NCBI GenBank assembly: GCA_025201805.1
Contig: MU619239.1
Location: 227,556 to 291,555, forward strand
Direction: 5' to 3'
Origin: Parasitella parasitica NRRL 2501
Lineage: Eukaryota; Fungi; Mucoromycota
Length of the DNA stretch: 64,000 nucleotides
Part shown: piece by piece, positions 37,761 to 50,056 of the stretch
Position numbering within the stretch: the first letter of the stretch is position 1
Layout: every line of letters begins with the position of its first letter
The notes under the pieces: model-generated
Databases searched by the model: none
What the model was told of the DNA's origin: nothing
Seen by the model: only the letters and a program-made list of their open reading frames with translations
Position numbers and translations under genes: made by a program

Positions 37761-39052
37761 CTGATCTCAAATAGACCCTCCAATCTCCCAAGCTCTGCTG
37801 CAGTCAGTGCGGATTTCTTGAGAGACATCAGATTTTTTCCAGGTCAATAATATTCAGATTGTTTCCCATTCTTTAGGAAGGTGCATTGGCTCTATCCAAT
37901 ATCGTCCTGCGAAGTTACCATTAGAAAAAATGAAACCAAGTGCGCAACATTTAAAATAAAAAGGAATTACCGAGAGGTAATTTCTCACCTGAGGTAAAAT
38001 CTGTTGATGCTCAATTTTCAATGTCAAACAAACCAGCGTAAAACAAAAGAAACAGAAGATATGCATTCAGCAAACTGTATGGTAGCTGTTTTATTTAACG
38101 ATATCTAATGCAAAAAAAACAAAGACGCTAATTTTTTACTAGTAACCTTAGAACGCTCTGAGATACTATCTGTGTGTTCAATATCTTGGAAACTCATTGA
38201 TGTATAATTACCTGCTGGCACTGGATCTTGAAGAATATAAATTGAATTGCCGATACAGGGCAAAAATATTATTGGATAATATCTAGTCTCCGACACATGC
38301 ATTATTCATGGTTCTTAACGGAAAATCAAATACGACATCTAATAGGTAATCTATCCCCATATTGCAAGGTAGGAAATACCTTGGGCATATGTTGTTGAGT
38401 GATACCAAATTTAAGTATTTTGCATTATTTTGAGTCTCAAACCTCTAAGTTCCAGGATGTTGGGTGCGTGCTTCTTACGCTCTTTTCTTATGGACATATA
38501 TAAATACCGTCATGTCCTATAAATGTTTTTGTTGATTCATATCAGGTTGTGCGAAATGCTGTTCTATAATGTAAACACTCCAGGAGACTGCATCACTTAA
38601 AACAACAATTAGACTTTCAGATGTAAAATCATGATCAACGTATCAGATGACTTTCTAAAGTGGGATATGTCATGATGATCATCGTTAGCATGACATCAAA
38701 GCGACGCTGTTGGTTATTTTAGTTTTTTTTATAATAATATGATTGTTTTCAAGTGAAAGTAAAAGGAAGTAGAGATCATCACCCTTTATGGTTAAATCCA
38801 AACTGTATGTATAACCCCATACCTTCCCCTGCCCTTTATATGTATGAATTTAATGTGTATTTGACATATGAAATTTCGAAACCTTGCACAGAGAAATTTA
38901 ATTGGCCGAAATTAGACAAAAGGATATATGCTATTTGAACCCGAAGTGAGCATAAAACGTTTAACCCCTCCTTATAAAACCTATATATCTTGGGGGTACA
39001 TCATTCCTTTTTCTTTTTTTTTTTCTTTATTTATATTTATTCAGAGAAAAAA

Positions 39053-40402
39053 ATGGCTTCGAAACAAGACATTGCGAGTAAATCTACTGATTACGATTGT
39101 CAAGAAACAACTATAGCAGCAGCAACAGCAGCGTTAGAAGCACAGGGAGCACAAGGAACACCAACAGTTGTCGAGACAGCCTCAACTCTAGAAAACATTG
39201 GCAACAAAGACATGTTCTCGTTAAATGAATGGGACACATCAGAGTTCATATCAGAAAATGATTTTGATATGATCGACATGTTATCAACCGCTTTAGACCA
39301 AGTTACAAACCAAATAGAAGAAAAACAACGCGAGTTTATAACAAAATCATCAGAATGGACTAACAAGACAAGAGACAGTATCAAAACCCAAACAAAGAAG
39401 CTAGAAGAGCAGCGATCTCGGATCCAAGAACTGCTGGTCAGACAATACCACAAAATTGACAAACGAATGAACCGTGATGCTAAAACAGTGCAGCTGAGAG
39501 ATAAGGTCTCCTTTGTGGTGGGTGTCGGTAATGCCTGCGTTGCACCTGCACTCGCATTGCGTTACCCGAGTTTGATACCTTCGTACTACAGTGTTCAATT
39601 GATCATTTTGTTAATATTGCGGTACGTAATTTATCGATCTAAACGGTGGCATTACTTCATTTTTGATATGTGCTATTTTGTCAACGCAATGACGATGGTC
39701 TTCTTGTGGGCATATCCTACTTCAAAGCTACTGTTTTTGGCCTCTTTTTGTATGACGAATGGACCGGTTGCATGGGCGATCATCACATGGAGAAACTCTT
39801 TGGTATTCCATTCTTTGGATAAGGTCACATCTGTATTCATTCATATATTCCCACCTTTGGTAATGTATTGCATACGATGGATGCCTGAACTTCAGCGAGA
39901 CATTTACTGCGACAATACACTGTTTGTTACATCTCATCGTGATTCAATATTTCCTGCCCTGCATAATTTGGAATTACCAAGTTTCAAGGATGTTATGATT
40001 TACTCGACCGTCGCTTATGGCATCTGGCAATCACTGTATTATTTATTTATCATGGTTGGGAGAAGAGACAAAGTAGAGTCTGGATTAAGATTGACATCTT
40101 ATTCATGGTTATTGGATGATACACATGGAAAGAAAGGGTTTATTCAAAATATGGCATTCATGTTTGGAGCAAAGTGGAAATCGGAAATGTTTATGCTGCT
40201 ACAATTGATCTACAATATTGTTACATCAATTCCGACCTACTTTCTATTCAGATACTTTTGGCTGCATACAACATTTTTGATCGGTATGTTTGCAGTGAGT
40301 GTTTGGAACGGTGCCAATTACTACATTGAAGTATTTTCAAGGAGATACATAACAGAAATTGAAAGTATAAAAAACCAAGACGAAAAGTTGAAAACAAAGT
40401 AA
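39053..40402 (+). CDS. GPC1: Glycerophosphocholine acyltransferase Gpc1 (DUF2838), intronless
   Basis: RDKVSFVVGV, WHYFIFDMCYFVN, GPVAWAIITWRNSLVFHSLDKVTSVFIH, RLTSYSWL, WNGANYYIEVFSRRY. Confidence 0.92.
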   Translation: MASKQDIASKSTDYDCQETTIAAATAALEAQGAQGTPTVVETASTLENIGNKDMFSLNEWDTSEFISENDFDMIDMLSTALDQVTNQIEEKQREFITKSSEWTNKTRDSIKTQTKKLEEQRSRIQELLVRQYHKIDKRMNRDAKTVQLRDKVSFVVGVGNACVAPALALRYPSLIPSYYSVQLIILLILRYVIYRSKRWHYFIFDMCYFVNAMTMVFLWAYPTSKLLFLASFCMTNGPVAWAIITWRNSLVFHSLDKVTSVFIHIFPPLVMYCIRWMPELQRDIYCDNTLFVTSHRDSIFPALHNLELPSFKDVMIYSTVAYGIWQSLYYLFIMVGRRDKVESGLRLTSYSWLLDDTHGKKGFIQNMAFMFGAKWKSEMFMLLQLIYNIVTSIPTYFLFRYFWLHTTFLIGMFAVSVWNGANYYIEVFSRRYITEIESIKNQDEKLKTK

Positions 40403-41607
40403 ATAAAAACATATACGGCATCAAGGTTCTTCATAAACCTCTGCTTCTCTATTTCCAAAACAGTTTGGTTTCAATGACCCTTTTCACGTATCTATAATTT
40501 TTAAAGCCTGAAATGATGTTCTTCAGCTGGAAATCAAAGAAATTTAGGTTGTTAGGCCTGCAAGATCTAACATAAATATTGTGTCATTTCTGTATTGCGT
40601 TGTTTGTTAAAGTATCAACCCAACGAGCATTTGTATAGGATGCTCGTCTCTATCCCGGTAGCGGTAGACATGCAAAAGTTTGCGCAGCATTTGTACCCTA
40701 TCCATGCCCTGACTTGGACAATATGACCTTCCGTTCTGATCAACTAGCAATTTGTATACTTTTATCAATTATTTGAATTTAGCCAAGTCTCCAGTTGATT
40801 TCCTATCTTGGTTCATTTGTCCGTATCTCTGCAGTTGACACCGATTCATTTAATGAATTCTTATTACATTCGCATAAATTTTTGAAACACGCTGAGCAAC
40901 AACATTGGAATCACTATTCATGCTTACTCATGTAACATAAATATTTAACGAAAAAGATTAACAAGACGATCTAGTGACTCTATCAAAGCTAGTTAAGCGG
41001 GTTGATATGGTTCCGGGCAACAACTTGCTGTTTAAATTTCAAGTCAAAAGACCATGCTTCTGGGATAGTTAGATTGAATATTAGGTGCATATATAGGTGA
41101 TAAATTTTAGTTGTTAAATCAAACATTTGCATGTGATAAAAGAAAAGTATTTCTTCAACAGGCACCTTTGTTTCCAAAAAGATGTGGTACAATGGTTGCT
41201 ATAGAAACAAAGTGTTTGAGGCTTTAAACACTTCTAGAAAATAAGTTTCGGTAGTAGTTCGCTACTATCATGTTGTCGGCAAGACAGGAACTGCACATGC
41301 AACTATAAAAACGTGCTTTCAAATGCTTAATTCATGCATCGCCGTTTTCTACATCTGATGGTCTATCAGAGAAATGTTGCCCAACGAGATTCAGCATGAT
41401 TAATGAGATGTAACATTCCTTTTTGTATCAAGCAGCTTTAGATTATGGCTTTTGAGTGGTAGACAGTGCTCCCTTCGACAGCATGTGACTTGATCACACC
41501 CTGGGTGTGGTCTGTATCTCCTCATTTTTCTCAATAAAAGGGTTTTCTTTTTGATTTTCGCCATCTCTCTTTTTTTTTTCAACTATACCCTCAACAGAAA
41601 GTTAAAG

Positions 41608-43080
41608 ATGCCACCAAACACTTCGAACAGACTATCTCACGATAACGACAATATATCTGTCGAAGAATCTTTGAATCGACTGATCGAATCCACTCCTTAT
41701 TTTGACATTGAAGTATCCAAATGTGCCTTATTCGATGGTGCTTTCAAAGTTGTATCTTGTGTGTTTCCCAACTGGCAATACGACGACATTGAATTCGTTC
41801 AGTGTAAAGACGGCATTACAAATCAATGTAAGCTGTTTTAAGATTACAGTTTTAGTCAATTTTCACTAACGTTGTTTAACAGTGGTTCGAGTAACTTACA
41901 AGCCCACCGATTTCTCGGTGCTTGTTCGTGCTTATGGCAAAGGATCTGAACTCATCATCGACCGCAAGCAAGAAGTAGTTGTAAGTAACTTGCTGGGAAG
42001 TAGTGAAAGGTGCTCCTTTGTGTAACATTTTATAATAGAACATCATTACCTTGTCTGCACAAAATATGTGCCCACAACTCTATGCTAGATTCAGAAATGG
42101 TTTAGTTTACGGATTCATTAAAGGAAAAGTATCGACAGTCGAGGAACTAGGCCAAGAGAAAACAGCAGAATGGATTGCCAAAAAACTTGCCAAATGGCAT
42201 TTAGTGCAATTACCTCAACAGGAGATTATAAAGTCGAATAAAAAAGATCAAAAATTATGGACAACAATGTTCAAGTGGTTAGATCAAGGTAAGGCCCTCT
42301 TATTTTAGTCGAATTTATATTCGTTCGCATGGTAGACTAATGAAACTGTATATAGTCCCTGAAAAGTATGAGAACCCCAAAACACAATCTACTTTTGAAA
42401 CTCGATTTGATATGAAAAAGATCAGATTAGAGGTATTTATTTTTAGTTTCGCATTAATCAAGAAATGTGTAATAATGATTCATCATCAGTTGGAATCTTT
42501 GATCAAAATACTAGAAAAGCTTAACTCCCCTATTGTCTTTTCACACAACGATTTATTGTATGGTAATATTATATACGATCAAGAAAAAGGTAAAAGGAAA
42601 ACAAGATTTGTATTATTCGGGGCATTGAACATCTGGACATTTAGGAGAGGCAAATTTCATTGATTATGAATACGGTTGTTATGCCTTTCGAGGATTCGAT
42701 ATTGGGAACCATTTTAATGAGTTTGCTGGATTTGAGTGCGAATATTGGAGATATCCTACAAAGGAATTCCAAATGAAATGGTATGATTGGTATCTTACTG
42801 AGAACAATAATGGAGGTAAACAATAAGCTTGCAAATGTTGTATTTCGTATCTCGATGACCTTAATTTCGTTATGATAATGTAGCCAAACCTACTGACGCA
42901 GAAAAGGAACAACTCTTTAAGGAAGTTGATGGATTTTCACTTGCCTCACACTACTATTGGGGCCTTTGGGCAATGATTCAAGCCATGGTTTCCGATATCG
43001 ATTTCAATTACATGGATTATGCTGTACTTCGTTTCGATGAATACGATAAACGTAAAGACGAAGTTCTATCCTCCTTGTAA
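41608..43080 (+). CDS. Choline/ethanolamine kinase, spliced
   Basis: DGITN, VRAYGKGSELIIDRKQE, YARFRNGLVYGFI, Brenner motif VFSHNDLLYGNI, FIDYEY...FDIGNHFNEFAG, SHYYWGLWA. Confidence 0.93.
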
Positions 43081-43542
43081 ATTTAAAATTAAAGCTAGCA
43101 AAAATACCACTTTTCCGTTTTTTTTTTTTTTCATAATAATACGATTAAACAAAATTGGTAGTTTTTTTCATAATCGAAGCAATCGATGCTCATGATGAAA
43201 TTCGATTCATAGTTTAAAAAAAAACTCTAACAGACATTTTTGGAGCTAAAAAATCTCTGACGGGTAGAGCAACTATCGAGCATCAATTGTTCTAATTTTG
43301 CGTTCCAGGAATGCCCAGCGCTTAAATGTGGAGGGATGCATTGTAAATTTATAGTTTTGTTATGCAATATCTGAAATACTACATAAAAGGCTAACCGCTC
43401 TTAAAGTTGGGATGATCAAGATTGCATTCGAAAATGTCCAAAAAGGGCGGTGGAAAAATGTAACTCGGGGGCTTTGGCAAATGATGAAAGTATTTTTTTC
43501 AACCCTTTTGTTCCCTGTCATCCCAGCATATCTCTAATAAAT

Positions 43543-44411
43543 ATGGTTGCTTCTACATCTCTGAACGTCGTCCCTGAAGACCCAACAGCATACAAATCTC
43601 AAGAATATTGGGAAGAAAGATATAAAAAGTAGTCTTTATCATTGATGGCCTGTCTGCAAATTGCTTGCTAATTTTCTTTTGGCATAGGGAAGATTCCAAC
43701 ACAACCTTTGACTGGTTCAAGACATATGCTGATCTCAAGCCTTTGCTAAATGAAGCCATACGCAACAAAGAAGCCAGGATACTGATGCTTGGATGTGGTA
43801 ATTCTAGTAAGTGTGTTTTTTTTTACCAAACTTTTAGAGTTTACAGCAAGTTGACTAAAATGCTTCTAGCATTAGGCGAGGATATGTACGACGATGGCTA
43901 TAAAAATATCACCAATATCGATTATTCCAAAACGGTTATTGACAATATGAAAGAGAGATGTGCCGATAAGCCTGAAATAAGCTGTAATTTCCACTGCCGT
44001 ATGGAGTACTCTTTAAATGCACGTTTTAATTATTATTTTTGTTAGGGTTGGAGATGGACATTCGTGATCTGAAATTTGCCAATGAATCCTACGATGTAGT
44101 TATTGATAAGGGTAATATACATATATTGCAGCACACAGCAAGAGCTAATCAATGGGGATAAAGGTACTATGGATGCATTAATGTGTGATCGAGGCGACGT
44201 CTGGGACCCTTCCGAAGAGCTCATCAATGATGTGAAGGGAGAAGTTGATGAAGTTGAAAGAGTGTTGAAAGTGGGAGGCACGTTTTTGTACATTACATTC
44301 GGTCAGCCTCATTTCCGTAAAAGACATCTCCAAAGAGACTGCTGGGACATTGACGTAAAGACTATGGGCGAAGCTTTTCATTACTTTTTTTACACCATGA
44401 TCAAGCATTAA
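43543..44411 (+). CDS. Class I SAM-dependent methyltransferase (EEF1AKMT4/METTL13 N-terminal-like), spliced
   Basis: YWEERY, FDWFKTY, ILMLGCGNS, TNIDYS, IDKGTMDAL, RVLKVGG, ITFGQPHFR. Confidence 0.9.
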
Positions 44412-44483
44412 GGTGGCTTGTAGTGTGCATTTGTACATTTGAATTTTTGGAGAAATAGTAAATTAAAAATTACCACTTTAAAC

Positions 44484-45917
44484 ATGACCTTTTTGTTTTT
44501 ATTCCACAAAAGTTTCTCCACTAGTAGCAAGCTTCCTTGTGCTGTAGCCCAGCTTGACAGAATATCCAAGCTGTGCGCTGATGTGAACGGCATCCAGAGC
44601 ACTCTAAAAAAACAAGCTCTTTTAGTGCAGTCTCCAGCTTGTCACCCAACACTGAAGCGAATCTACGACCCACACCTTCGTCACCATGTCTCTGCAAAGA
44701 CCATCATAAAGTACCTGCAAACGCACACGGTAGAAGCTACTTCAAGCTACGATGATTTGAATAAACTCTTGGATGATCTATCGTCACGTACGCTAACAGG
44801 ACATGCTGCTTGCGAAGCCGTGAGCTCGTTTTACCTGACACACTGCAAGACAGAAGAACATCAGAATATTCTATGGCGCATCATCGATAAAAACTTGAAG
44901 ATGGGTGTCTCTGTCAAGACAATTCGCCGTCTGCTGCCCATGGATAGCATGAATGTCGCCTTGGCAGCCTCCTCTGCTAGTTTTTCTCTGTCGGATGCTT
45001 GGTATGTATCTCAAAAACTAGATGGCATTAGATGCATCGCTGTTGTTCGCCAAAGCGATACGAAAAACCAGCACGATATTCAATTTTATTCCCGCACTGG
45101 CAGGCCTTTCCAGTCGTTACAAAAGGTCAAGACTGATATACAGAAGCGATTGCGCGAATTGTCCATCAAAGACGAGTTTGTGCTCGATGGTGAAGTGTGT
45201 GCTTATAGCAGCGACATGAAGCACGAGAATTTCTTGAAAGCAATGGGACAAGTGCGCCGCTATGAGGAGATGGAAAATCCAATCTATCAAGTATTTGACC
45301 GCATCCGATTAGATCATTTTATGCAGGGCAAAGGCGATCAGTTATTCACTGAGCGTCAAAAGGAATTAGAGTCGTTTCTAGGAACAAACCCACTGCCACA
45401 CATGAAAAAAGTGATACAAACAAGGCTGACGAGTTTAGATCAATTGGATCAGCTCAAGAAACACTCAATAGAAAAGGGCTGGGAAGGACTGATGTTGAGA
45501 AGAGATGTCGCATACGAAGGAAAACGAACGTGAGTAGATTGCTTGCAGCGTTTGAAAAATGCGGAAGCATTAACGCATATAATCTGTATCAGGAGAAACT
45601 TGATCAAGCTAAAGGAATGGGTAGACGCAGAGTACATTGTCAAGAGCATTGAAACTGGTCTGATGCGAATGCCAGACAGTGGCGAAAATAAGCTTGTCCT
45701 TACCAATGTCAACATTGAACACAAAGGATACCCTGTGGGCGTTGGATCCGGCTTTTCAATGCAGAACCGAGTCAACTACGCCGAAAACCCAGAACGCATT
45801 ATAGGAAAACCCATCACGGTACGCTACTTTTCAGAGTCCAAGAAGGAGAATGGTGCCATCTCATTGCGCTTTCCAACCGTCAAGGCAGTCTTTGAGGATG
45901 GAGAAAGGGACATTTGA
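44484..45917 (+). CDS. Compact ATP-dependent DNA ligase (~456 aa), phage/bacterial-type, probable mitochondrial presequence; intron 45530-45592
   Basis: Motif I SQKLDGIR, SRTGR, III VLDGEV, IIIa YQVFD, IV EGLMLR, V KRTRNLIKLK, OB fold VGVGSGFS, VI SLRFPTV. Confidence 0.9.
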
Positions 45918-46003
45918 GAGAATAAAAGCAGTCTTCCACGTCAAATAAAGCTTTAAAAATCTCTCTTTTCTAAAAAGAAAAAAAGTTTTATTGCTTCATC
46001 ACC

Positions 46004-47327
46004 ATGCAACCATTTTTTGAGACATCCGGCTGGGCACTACCAAAGAGCATAGCTCCCCAAAAACAGAAGCAAGATACTTTAAAAAAGACAAAGTCTGCAG
46101 ATGCAATTGACACTACAAAAGAGGGCAAAGCGTCCCGAGAGGCTGATCAGATCCAAGCTCAAATGGCTTCTTTAAATCAAGAGCCTATCACTCCAAAGGA
46201 CCCCAAGGTCAAAAAACCACGCATTAGAAACAAAAAGAGAGTCTTGGAGGAGAAGCCCGCAGATACAGAACCAGTGCAGAGCAAAAAGGCTAAAACAACC
46301 ACATCCAATGACCAAAAGAAGAAACTACAGCAGGTAGGGAAGGGGTGTCATCTATGCTACTTGATTTTGACGTCCGCTGTATTGTAGCTCTTGAAGAAAA
46401 ACAAAGCAGCAGGCCAAAAGGAGAAAACACCCGTGGAGAGGGAAAAGGTAGAGATCCGTTATCTTTTTTTTTGTCGCCCCCTTTGCTATGACGATTACTA
46501 ATCCATGAGATCAGAAGCAAGTGGCCGAGAAAATAGAGAGAGTAAAAGAGATCCAAGCTAATGACGATGGACTCACACCACTTCAACGCAAGATGAAGGA
46601 GAAATTATCTGGTGCCCGGTTCCGCTGGCTGAATGAACAACTCTATACCACTCCCGGAAAGCATTCATTCAGTTTATTTCAAGAGAAACCCGAACTGTTT
46701 GACGAATACCACGAAGGTTTCCGTCATCAAGTTGAATCATGGCCAGTGAACCCTGTCGATGTGATCATCAGCCAGCTGAAAAAACTACCCAAGGGCACTC
46801 TCATTGCTGATCTCGGTTGCGGCGATGCCATGATTGCCCAAACATTGACAAAGCAAAAAGTATTGAGTTTCGACCTGGTCGCCAAAAACGATTTGGTTAC
46901 GGCCTGCGATATCACCAAATTACCACTGGAAGCAAACACTGTGGACGTTGCTGTATTCTCACTGTCTCTAATGGGCACTAATTATTTAGATTTCTTGAAG
47001 GAAGCACATCGTGTATTAAAAGTGGGTGGAGAATTGAAGATTGCAGAAGTTGTCAGCAGATTCAGCGACTTGGATTCATTCATCACACTATTGGAGAGTT
47101 TAGGGTTTGATTTCATGGATAAAGAGGACGACAACAAAATGTTTGTCATGTTGTATTTCACAAAGCAACCCAACTATAACGAGGAAATCGACAGTGAATT
47201 GCTGGCTGGTCTCAGTAAAACGCAAATCAGATCTCTCAAAAAGGGGGCAGGAATCAACAATTCCAAGGTCAAATTACAAAAGAAATCACAGCAGTTGTTA
47301 AAGCCCTGCTTGTACAAAAAACGTTGA
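46004..47327 (+). CDS. RRP8: 25S rRNA adenine-N1 methyltransferase Rrp8, spliced
   Basis: KLSGARFRWLNEQLYT, YHEGFRHQVESWPVNPVD, IADLGCGDA, VFSLSLMGTNY, AEVVSRF, LKPCLYKKR. Confidence 0.95.
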
Positions 47328-47340
47328 TAAACAAAGTTTA

Positions 47341-48197
47341 TTACATTCGTCTTCTTTCTCCTTTTTGTGTCTTTTTCTTTTCTTTATCTTGCACTTTTTC
47401 CTGCTTTTGTTTCTTTAGCAGCAACCGATTGCGCTCTTTTTCTTTATCTGATGCTTGTTTCAATTGTTCGCGGTGTGCTTGCTCTTTTTCTCGGATAATA
47501 TCCGCATTGCGATTGGCAGCAAGCAGTGGATCTGTCAAATGTCAGTGTCTTGGTACCTGAATTGTCTTCAACCATGGCAACAACTTACCTGCCTCAGGCA
47601 ATGTTTTACCTCTGCGTCTGTCTCTAGGAGTCAATTCTGCAGGTTCCTCTTTCTTGTCGTCATCATCATTGCCGTCAGCTACATAGCCATACTGTTGCAT
47701 CAATTTATCACGGGCTTCCTTTTGCTCTTTTGATATCTGCTTTTGCGTTGTGCGAAGTGCTACATTTTCTTCCTGCTCCTTTTCAGCCTGAATTCTTCTC
47801 TCTTCTTCTCGAGCCTTGGCATCCTGAATCAATTTAGATTTCTTTTCCTCGGCTTCCTTTTGCTGATCTTGGTAAGCCTGCTTCCAATCCTTTAAAAGAT
47901 GATCAATCAAATTATTTGTATCTTTATCCTATAAAAACAAAAAAAAAAAAGTTGGTTTTCTGTTTATGCTTTACAAGCAAGACTCACAGTTGCCTCAGAC
48001 AGAAATTCAGATATGACTTCACGCTTCTCATCTTCATCCATAGACACATCCTCAACGATTCCGGTAATGTATTCAGAAATATCATCATCTAGGCGCAATT
48101 TTTCAGTCGCTTAAAATTCGGTGCGTTGTTGGCAGATCAAATTACCCTTCAATTCAATGAGAGCTAATTGCTCGGTAACCTTATCGATGATACCCAT
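47341..48197 (-). CDS. CCDC43: CCDC43-like coiled-coil protein, spliced
   Basis: LDDDISEYITGIVED...EKREVISEFLSEAT N-terminal domain; LMQQYGYV; NRNADII; C-terminal KKKTQKGERRRM. Confidence 0.75.
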
Positions 48198-48312
48198 AAT
48201 ACCCTATGTAAGATCTACTGGAAATAGCCTCGAAAGACAGTGGTGTGCAAGTGTAAACATTTTTTTACTTGGCTGTGACGTTGGAATGTTTGATTGAAGC
48301 ACTTCTTTTTGC

Positions 48313-49214
48313 ATGTCTTTCAACAAGAAATCAAGCGACGACTTTACCAGCAGAGTCAATAAACTACTATCCAAAGACGATGGCAACAGTTGCTCAAAAA
48401 AACAGACGTAAAAAATTGCACATAACCACCGATAGAAAATTTCTTGACATATAGCTTAGAGACGAAGAACTAGCAAACAGATTCAACAGCGTCTTCTCCT
48501 CACAACCTATTGCTCAAAAAAGCTACCAAATACCTGACAATGCAAATTGCGACGATATTGATAAAGAGGTAAGGAGGAGTAAGTATTGAGAAGATAGTGG
48601 TTCAATTAAGAGTTAAGGGTAACGTAGATTGAAAAAATGCTTCAAGACAGTGAGGAGGAGCAGGATGCTATCGATGCCTATATCTACGGCGTTTTGGATG
48701 ATAAAAAGGACATGGTTACAGCGAAAATCGATGGTTTCCATGAGGCATTCTTAGGAAGCGATCAGTTTGTCGGTACAGATGAAAGTGAAGAATTGATAAA
48801 GAGATTGCAGCGAGAAAACGCATTAGATGCCAAGTATGAGCAGTTTGCAAGGGAACGAGACAATGATATAGAGAAACGGTGTCATGAGTTGAAAAAAGAT
48901 GCGCCCTGTTTCTCCAATACAAATCGTGATCATATTAAGCCCAAAGGCTCTATTCCAAAGCCATTGAGAAATACAGATTTGCATGATGAAATCGATGATT
49001 GGTGCTGTAAGTACATGTACGTGGATACAGCTACTCAAGAGTTAACACGGCGTGGTGCATAGGCATATGTAACGATGATGCAAATATTGAATGCCTGGGG
49101 TGCGAGGATGATAACAAGTATTGCAAAGAATGCTTCTTCCATACACACAAGAGCGAATCCGCAGATTACGAAGCCACTAAACACAAAAGCAAGCCGTATC
49201 ATGTTAAAATGTAG
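48313..49214 (+). CDS. Protein with ZFYVE19/ANCHR-like C-terminal B-box-type zinc finger, spliced
   Basis: Spliced C-terminus WCCICNDDANIECLGCEDDNKYCKECFFHTH...KH; upstream DEELANRF. Confidence 0.7.
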
Positions 49215-49246
49215 TATCATGAAAAGTTTATTGACTTGCTGGCGAA

Positions 49247-50056
49247 CTAAACATAGTGCTCAGGCATTATTTTGCGTAACACACCTAGCAGGAGGAAAAA
49301 GTAATGTTTTAGCAAACTTTGACAAGCTTAACATACCTACAAACAGTATTTACCATCTAAAATAAAGGATGTTAATCCCCAAATTTGCTTTTCGCCTTGG
49401 ATATGATCTGGCACCTTGAATTCGGTGTATTTGAATTTACTGTCACGAAACTGTTTAAGCTGTCTAATGTCTGGCTGTATCAGGTAATCAATGGGCAAGG
49501 TAAAGACGCTGGATACCTCGTCAGCATTGAACTTTGTAAGATCCACCTGGTCTTTAATGAATCCAACATAAGGGTACACTTTCAGCGAGCCTGTCTTGTT
49601 TGGCAATGCTGAATAACATCCCAAAATATCTATAGATTCACTCTCTATGCCGATTTCTTCTTTCGTCTCTCTCAAAGCAGTGTATTCGGTTGAAAGATCA
49701 CTTTCATCTATGTATCAGACACGCTAAGATGATTTCTCCTTTTAGTTGCCATGACATGTATTTACCTGTTTTACCACCTGGGAAACTAAATGGACAAAAG
49801 TTAAGAGCCGCAATATCAACATGTCAAAAATAATGCACAAATACCTTATTTCTCCACTATGGGTCCTCATATTGATGTTTCTGACAGTGAATAAAATGCT
49901 AGGTTTTCCATCTACTATACATAAAGGCACAAGAACTGCTGCATCTTTCACGTTGGGCTTATAGTTTAACTTGAATTTGGGTGGATTAAGTAATCTTTTT
50001 CTGAACAGAGAGAGTGTAGGAATGTCAAAAACGATTGGAACTGAACGAGATAGCAT
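49247..50056 (-). CDS. Nudix hydrolase, CoA-pyrophosphatase type (NUDT8/PCD1-like), spliced
   Basis: AAVLVPL, MRTHSGEISFPGGK, TALRETKEEIG Nudix box, NADEVSSVF, IWGLTSFIL. Confidence 0.9.
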
